A DNA stretch of 28,486 nt from contig NW_008246075.1 in NCBI RefSeq assembly GCF_000281045.1, positions 638,970-667,455 on the forward strand, written 5' to 3'. The translations under genes were made by a program, and so were the position numbers. How positions within the stretch are numbered: the first letter of the stretch is position 1; each line of letters opens with the position of its first letter. This stretch comes from Saprolegnia diclina VS20 (taxonomy: Eukaryota). The notes beneath the pieces were generated by a model. It saw only the letters and a program-made list of their open reading frames with translations. It had not been told where the DNA came from and ran no database searches. Of this stretch, positions 22,653-28,486 are shown piece after piece.

Positions 22653-23996
22653 TTATCCCAATGTATTCTTCTCCGATAACGACGACGTGTACGGTCCCGT
22701 GATGGCATTGAGCGTGTGCTGGCGCTGCGTCACGGGCGCATACCGCGCCGGGCGACCACTCGACACGAAACCAGGCAGCGGCGCAATCACGGTCGACCGC
22801 TGCGTGCCATTGAAGCGCGCGATGGACTGGCGCTTCCCAGGCGTGTTGAGCACTCGATGCTATGCACCATGAAGCATGAGCCAAGCAATGACAGATAAAA
22901 TGCCACGCACCGGCGTCGCGACGAGCTCGCCGTTCGTCCAGCGCTCGAGGACGTCGCCGATGAGCACGAGGAATTGGTCGGTGGCGACGGGCACATTGAC
23001 GACGGTCCCGCGGCGAGTCGTGAGCTGAAGGCCCCAGTTGGTCTACGCGACCATATTCATAAGCTCGAATGGTATCAAAGGAACCGACTTGATGGAGAAG
23101 GGTGAAACACTCGAAGTCCGTGTGCTCGGCGATACCGACGTTCGTCTCGTCCATGGGGGCGTCGTTGGCCGGGTACGTCAAAAGACGCATGCCAGCTTGG
23201 GCCTCCGCAGTGTGGAATTGCTACCATTTTCAGAAATGCCTCTTGGGGTAATCAGATCCGAGTAATACGCGAAAGGTGTGGCGGGGGAGGTGGAGCATCT
23301 CGGCAAAGCCTTCAAAGAGCCCGTCCGCAACGACGGTGAGCGCATCGTAGAGGGCAGTGACGTGATGTCGAAACGACGGCAGCTCGTCGTTGGGCCACAC
23401 GTTGGGGCCGAGCCTACCAGTCAAGCGCATCAGCACATGCGTGTGTAAATGCAAAGAAGGACCCGTCGTCGAGGGCAAGGTAGCTTGCCGGTAGCTCTCG
23501 CGCAACATCGTAGCCTTCAAGGTGCGCAACGACGCCAGGAAAGTGCTACACATCGAATAGTGTAGCACTCGTGCATCAGCACAGGATCAATGAGAAGGTG
23601 CAAACCGAGGGCTCTTGGTGTAGTGGCGTCCAGCCGCGCTCGTTGGGCACCTTCTGGAGGTGGTACTTGGCCTTGACGGATGGCTCGAGTGCATGGAACG
23701 CGTCCATGCTCGAGTAGGCCTATGGCCATATTTGTCTGATGTTGAGCCACAGTGGGGCTAGATTGTTCTACATTGCGAAGGAGCTCATCGCACGGGAGCA
23801 CGGACGTTGGGATCGCAAAGAACCCGTCTTCGTAGCACGCGGTTTGCATGCGGCGCAGCACCGGTTGACGAGCCGCCGTCGACGCTTGCGGGTTCAGCAG
23901 CGGGCGAATGTCGATCGTCGGAACGTCGGGGCCTGTCCACGACGAGGCGGCACGAGCAAGGACGGGTGGAGCAGATTTGCCAAGGTAGCGCAGCAT
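22653..23996 (-). CDS. IPNS-like 2-oxoglutarate/Fe(II) dioxygenase (DIOX_N + 2OG-FeII_Oxy), multi-exon; paralog A
   Basis: VPTIDIRPLL, ACYEDGFF, RGWTP, GPNVWP, MRLLTYP, iron-binding HTD, IGDVLERWTNG, ATP|HRV and R-x-S (RQSIARF). Confidence 0.9.
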
Positions 23997-24538
23997 CTTG
24001 CTTGGTAAATGCGGCAATGCCAGCGCAGTCATGCGCGTCGGCGCGGACGATGGTGACGACGGCCACGGTGCTGATGGCCGCAACGACCTACAATCTGGTC
24101 GAGTGGGCCAATCGCGCGTCTCGAACACATGCCCTTGTTTACGGGCACGCCACGAGGCGCTCTAAACGCAGGTCGTTGGTCTTGCCACCACTCAATCGTG
24201 CGTGGGGCCGTAGCAAGAGCAGAGCAACAGACGAAACCTTCTCGATGGTCGACAAGCTATTCGACGGCTCAAGATTGCACGCAGATTTATCCTGCCTGCG
24301 CTCTATCCGGATACATTGATCCACAAGGCTGGATACTACAAAAGCACAATATCGATGGCTTCACGCGTGTCCTGCGCCACGGACGCCGGAGATACCATCA
24401 ACCCCAGCCACATTGATGATGCCGCTGTAGCCTGCAATGTCATTTTTTTATTCACAATTGCAGGCGAAGAAGTCTGCGTCCCGTGAACAACATCGTTGGC
24501 GCAAGACGTCAACAGCGCCGAGCCAAGTGAATTTGCGA

Positions 24539-24798
24539 NNNNNNNNNNNNNNNNNNNNNNNNNNNNNNNNNNNNNNNNNNNNNNNNNNNNNNNNNNNNNN
24601 NNNNNNNNNNNNNNNNNNNNNNNNNNNNNNNNNNNNNNNNNNNNNNNNNNNNNNNNNNNNNNNNNNNNNNNNNNNNNNNNNNNNNNNNNNNNNNNNNNNN
24701 NNNNNNNNNNNNNNNNNNNNNNNNNNNNNNNNNNNNNNNNNNNNNNNNNNNNNNNNNNNNNNNNNNNNNNNNNNNNNNNNNNNNNNNNNNNNNNNNNN
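24539..24798. other. Assembly gap (260 N)
   Basis: Run of N. Confidence 0.99.
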
Positions 24799-24816
24799 GA
24801 GTTGATGCGGGGCCGT

Positions 24817-25089
24817 CTAGTACGGGTCGTCGCTGTTGTCGCTCGTCTTCATAGAGCCCGTGACTTTGTTCTTGGCGCTGCGGGCCTTAACGGCCACCTT
24901 GCTCGACATGTCGGACGCCTTCTCTTTGAGATCACTGGCTTTGTCCGATGCCTTGTCGTGGAGTTCACTCGCCTTGTCGCTTGCCTTATCGTGGAGCTCG
25001 TGCGCCTTGTCCGACACCTTATCGCGCGCCAACGCCAACTTGGAGGAGGCGCTCGAGCTAGCGTCGCTTGTCTTGCTGGCTTCCGGCAT
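24817..25089 (-). CDS. Small hydrophilic LEA group 3-like protein with 11-mer repeats
   Basis: DKVSDKAHELH / DKASDKASELH / DKASDKASDLK / EKASDMSSKVA; 90 aa, rich in K/D/S/A, no Cys or Trp. Confidence 0.75.
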   Translation of the reverse strand: MPEASKTSDASSSASSKLALARDKVSDKAHELHDKASDKASELHDKASDKASDLKEKASDMSSKVAVKARSAKNKVTGSMKTSDNSDDPY

Positions 25090-25573
25090 ACTGGGTGAAT
25101 TCAATTCTGAGGTCTCTCACGCGGAGCTCCTGCAAGGTTGACGGGCGAGACGAGGTACGATGATCCGCCCGTTGCCGCGATTGTCCAACGCAAAGCTGGA
25201 CGGGTAGCACGTCCCAGCCATGCCCCGCGTACAACTCGATCGCACCGTTGATACCGCCACGTCTCCAAGCGTCTTGCCCACTCAAGGACGACGCACCCTC
25301 GCTTTTACGAGACGGGCGCTAGAAGCCAACGTTCTGTGCTCACAACAGCAGCAAAACGTAGCTTCGCGTTCATGAGCTCGTATCGCAACCGTTGCTTCTT
25401 CTCAACCCCTCCCCATATTTCATGACTCGCAGCGCGGCGTCGCTCGAGCCTAGTCCAAGTGTTCCTCGCCCCGCTCAGAATGTGGATGCTTTGCTTGCCG
25501 TTGCAGTTAAATCGCCTCATGAACAGTAGCGGCATGTAATACAGTGGACGAAATGTAGATTGATGTTGCGCAC

Positions 25574-26916
25574 TCACAGTTGCTGCTGGGTGTCCTTGCG
25601 ACTCGACTCGAGGTTGCCGTAGGCCGCGTTGAGCTCGTTCTCAATGTGCTGGCGTTGTGTCACGGGCGCAAACTTGGCCGGCGACATCGACGACACAAAC
25701 GGGTCCAGCGGTGCGATCACGGCCTTGCCCTCGGCGCCATTGAAGCGCACGATCGACTGGCGCTTGGCTTGCGTGTTCAAGACACGGTGCTACACCACAT
25801 TGATCGTAGGTGCTGTGAGCGTCAATAAGAAATGAGTCCGTACCGGCGTTGCTTTCAGTGTGCCGTTCGTCCAGCGCTCGAGCACGTCGCCAACGAGCAC
25901 GACGAGGCGGTCGGCCATGACCGGTGCATCCGTCCATCGCCCGTCCCGCGTCGTCAGCTGCAAGCCCGCATTGTTCTACAAGCTCAATATGTAGATCGCA
26001 CCGCCAAGAGCACGCGACACCAACCTGGTGGATGATCGTAAAGCACTCGAAATCCGTGTGGGCAGCGATGCCAACGTTGCGGTCATCCATGGGCGCGCTG
26101 TTTTCGGGGTAGGTGAGCAGTCGCATGCACGCCTGCGCCTCGGTCGTGTTGAATTTCTACAGACCGGAATCAGACCGCGGAAAACATGATTTTCCGTACG
26201 CGAAAGGTATCCCGCGGCAGGTCGAGCATTTCGGCAAACCCTTCAAAGAGAGCGTTCGAGACCTTGGTCGTCGCGTCGTAGAGGCCCATGACGTCGTCGC
26301 GGAATGCCGGCAGCTCGGCGGGCCACACGTTTGGGCCGAGGCTAGTACATTCGAGAGGTTATGTGTGCGCGTAAATTCAGGAGTGAAGCGTACCCTTTGT
26401 CGTGCTCCATGTACGAAGCAGGGAGCTCTTGCGCAATGTCATAGCCTTCCAAGTGCGAAACGACGCCGGGTACATACTACAACAGTTGCTGACATCCTAT
26501 AAGCATGGAGTCGACATTGTCGTACCGAAGGCTCTTCAAAGAGCGGTGTCCACCCGCGAGAGTTGGGTACCTTGTTGACATGGTACTTTTGCTTGACGTC
26601 GGACGGGAGCGCGTTGAATTCGTCCGCCCGGCGATAGACCTAGACATGTTCATGAGCGCGCAGTCGTCGCAAGATGCATGCATACGCGCTCAACGAGGCC
26701 AGACGGCAGCACCGAGACGGGAATCGTAAAGAAGCCGACCGTCCCGCATGCGTCCCGCATGGCATCGAGGGCCGGCTGGCGCTCGGCCTTGGTCGACGAC
26801 GCGTCGAGGAGCGACGCGATGTCTACGAGGGGCATGGCCGTCGACGTGTTCGAAAAGGCCGCAGCTCGTGTCGTCGGGCGGGCGCGAACGCGTTGGGAAA
26901 GCTGCCGAAGGAACAT
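25574..26916 (-). CDS. IPNS-like 2-oxoglutarate/Fe(II) dioxygenase, multi-exon; paralog B
   Basis: MPLVDIASLL, ACGTVGFF, GWTPLFEE, GPNVWP, MRLLTYP, AHTDFECFT, VGDVLERWTNG, ATP|HRV, RQSIVRFNG. Introns after ..HQ and ATP are shared with paralog A. Confidence 0.9.
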
Positions 26917-27263
26917 TGATTTTGCTGCCGGGCGCAAAATGCACACTGAGCGACGTTGCAGTATGTAGTATTTAAATGGAATGACATCTTACAAATTCCA
27001 GTATATTAAAAAGTGATCGTGACCTGGCGTGGTTGAAGTTCGGCATGGATATCTTGAAGCTGCACCATAAGATTATTACCGGTATACGTTCCGGGGTGTC
27101 CGCTCAAGCGCTGCGATCGATGATGCTACATGTGACTATGCATGTTATGTTCTGTAATACGAACATGCTAGTACAGCATACTTATTAGAATATCTATATG
27201 TATGTAAATTTTGATGCCAAAAATGTGCGTGAAATAAAAATAGAGGGACGGAAAACGACAAAA

Positions 27264-27335
27264 AGCGCATTGCCGGACTCGAACCAGCGACCCTTTGAGC
27301 TGCAATCAAACGCTCTACCACTGAGCTAAACGCGC
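27264..27335 (-). tRNA. tRNA-Cys (GCA)
   Basis: 72-nt cloverleaf, A box TAGCTCAGTGG, B box GGTTCGAGTCC, anticodon arm TTTGA-TTGCAGC-TCAAA, U73 discriminator, T5 terminator. Confidence 0.95.
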
Positions 27336-27559
27336 ACTTTGTATGCTTCGTTGCCATCAACTGCAATCGAGTTTCTATCTCACCAAACACAGATTCTTTT
27401 TCAGTCTTTTGTGCCAGACAGCGGTGCTATCCCCTGTAGCATTATTTTTTATATAAATCTGGCTTTATTATAGCTATTTCTACAAAACCAAGGTTTTGGG
27501 TGACCGTTCCTGAAAAATAGAAGCTGGATCACGGTTGAGGGCACCGTAGTATACAAAGT

Positions 27560-27631
27560 GCGCGTTTAGCTCAGTGGTAGAGCGTTTGATTGCAGCTCAA
27601 AGGGTCGCTGGTTCGAGTCCGGCAATGCGCT
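27560..27631 (+). tRNA. tRNA-Cys (GCA), identical second copy
   Basis: Same 72-nt sequence on the + strand, running into a T5 tract. Confidence 0.95.
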
Positions 27632-27813
27632 TTTTATCATTTTGGTTTGTTCAGGAAGGCGGTGCTATCCAGCCCGAATTCCATTAAAGTTTTGTAGCAA
27701 TCATGCCGATAGATACTTGGATAGCTCAAACTTGGCATGGAATGCCAAGCATTGGAGTACTCTACGGATGAATGCACAGTCTTGCTGTTTGTTGAACGTC
27801 GGTAGGTATACAA

Positions 27814-27885
27814 TCCTCGTTAGTATAGTGGTTAGTATACCCGCCTGTCACGCGGGTGACCCGGGTTCAATTCCCGGACGGGGAG
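27814..27885 (+). tRNA. tRNA-Asp (GTC)
   Basis: TCCTCGTTAGTATAGTGGTTAGTATACCCGCCTGTCACGCGGGTGACCCGGGTTCAATTCCCGGACGGGGAG is a canonical eukaryotic tRNA-Asp; T5 tract at 27891. Confidence 0.97.
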
Positions 27886-28050
27886 ATCGATTTTTGAACA
27901 TAGCTCTTTTGGTACTATCCTCCTGCAACATGTCTGCAATTTTATTTTTTAATTTCACCCATTTTACTCGTGATCATCTTAGCCGCACAGAGGGAGCTCG
28001 CCTGTCTTCAGTGACGATTTTTCGACCACCTTCACAGCAAAAAGTGAAGC

Positions 28051-28486
28051 CCAATGGATCGATAAACGACGCCACACGATTGGATACATTCAGTGGAATG
28101 GATAGATCGATAAAACGATGCCAATTGGTTTCATACAATAAGAAAATGGATAAATGGAGAGAGGAAAACGACACCAAATGGACTAACGAAGAAGCAAAAA
28201 TGGATAAATCGATAAAAAGGCGCTAAATGGTTGGAAACGAAAGAAACATGGATATAACGAAAATCAAGACCGAATGGATAGATAAAGAAACAAAAATGGA
28301 TAAAACGATAAAACGACGATTACTGGATAGACAAAAGGGAGTAAAATGGATAGAACGATCAAATGACGATTACTGGATAGACAAAAGGGAGTAAAAATGG
28401 ATAGAACGATCAAATGATGCTAACTGGATAGATAAAAGAGCCAAAATGGATAGAACGATCAAATGAAGCTAACTGGATAGATAAAA
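28051..28486 (+). repeat. Purine-rich ~50-bp tandem repeat (two ~25-bp TGGATA subunits), degenerate at the left and continuing past the window end
   Basis: Unit AATGGATAGAACGATCAAATGACGATTACTGGATAGACAAAAGGGAGTAA; about four clear copies from ~28293, with decayed AATGGAT/CGATAAAA copies from ~28051. Confidence 0.9.

Noticed and set aside
27642..28226. 194-aa ORF in the AT-rich tail
   Set aside because: Non-ATG start; reads through tRNA-Asp and the satellite edge.
28051..28486. CRISPR-like or telomeric interpretation of the terminal repeat
   Set aside because: Whole units repeat with no unique spacers, no cas genes, eukaryotic context, and it is not a TTTAGGG/TTAGGG-type telomere repeat.

Overview
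Eukaryotic, GC-rich, gene-dense genomic DNA with many short GT-AG introns, oomycete-type INR+FPR core promoters and two assembly gaps. It is most consistent with an oomycete, probably Saprolegniales (inference). In order: cofactor-dependent phosphoglycerate mutase, kinetochore Nuf2, a TKL-like pseudokinase, a PX-like protein, a small C3H/basic-domain protein, a multi-IQ protein, a 3' relic of an L1/Tx1-type LINE, a membrane protein with a degenerate alpha/beta-hydrolase-like domain, two tandem paralogous C-x4-C-x9-C-x2-H(GGG) zinc-finger-array genes, a hypothetical gene, a small secreted protein head-to-head with a TMEM107-like gene, TFIIF beta, and two IPNS-like 2OG-Fe(II) dioxygenases flanking a LEA-like gene. 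An AT-rich tail then carries two identical inverted tRNA-Cys genes, a tRNA-Asp and a 50-bp (2x25) satellite that runs off the window. I found no unambiguous new multi-gene system. The best leads are the zinc-finger paralog pair (apparently homogenised finger array, shared 3'UTR element), the C3H-basic domain, the LINE relic, the two apparently mitochondrial dioxygenases and the tRNA/satellite boundary. Exon boundaries and family assignments were made by eye, without database searches.
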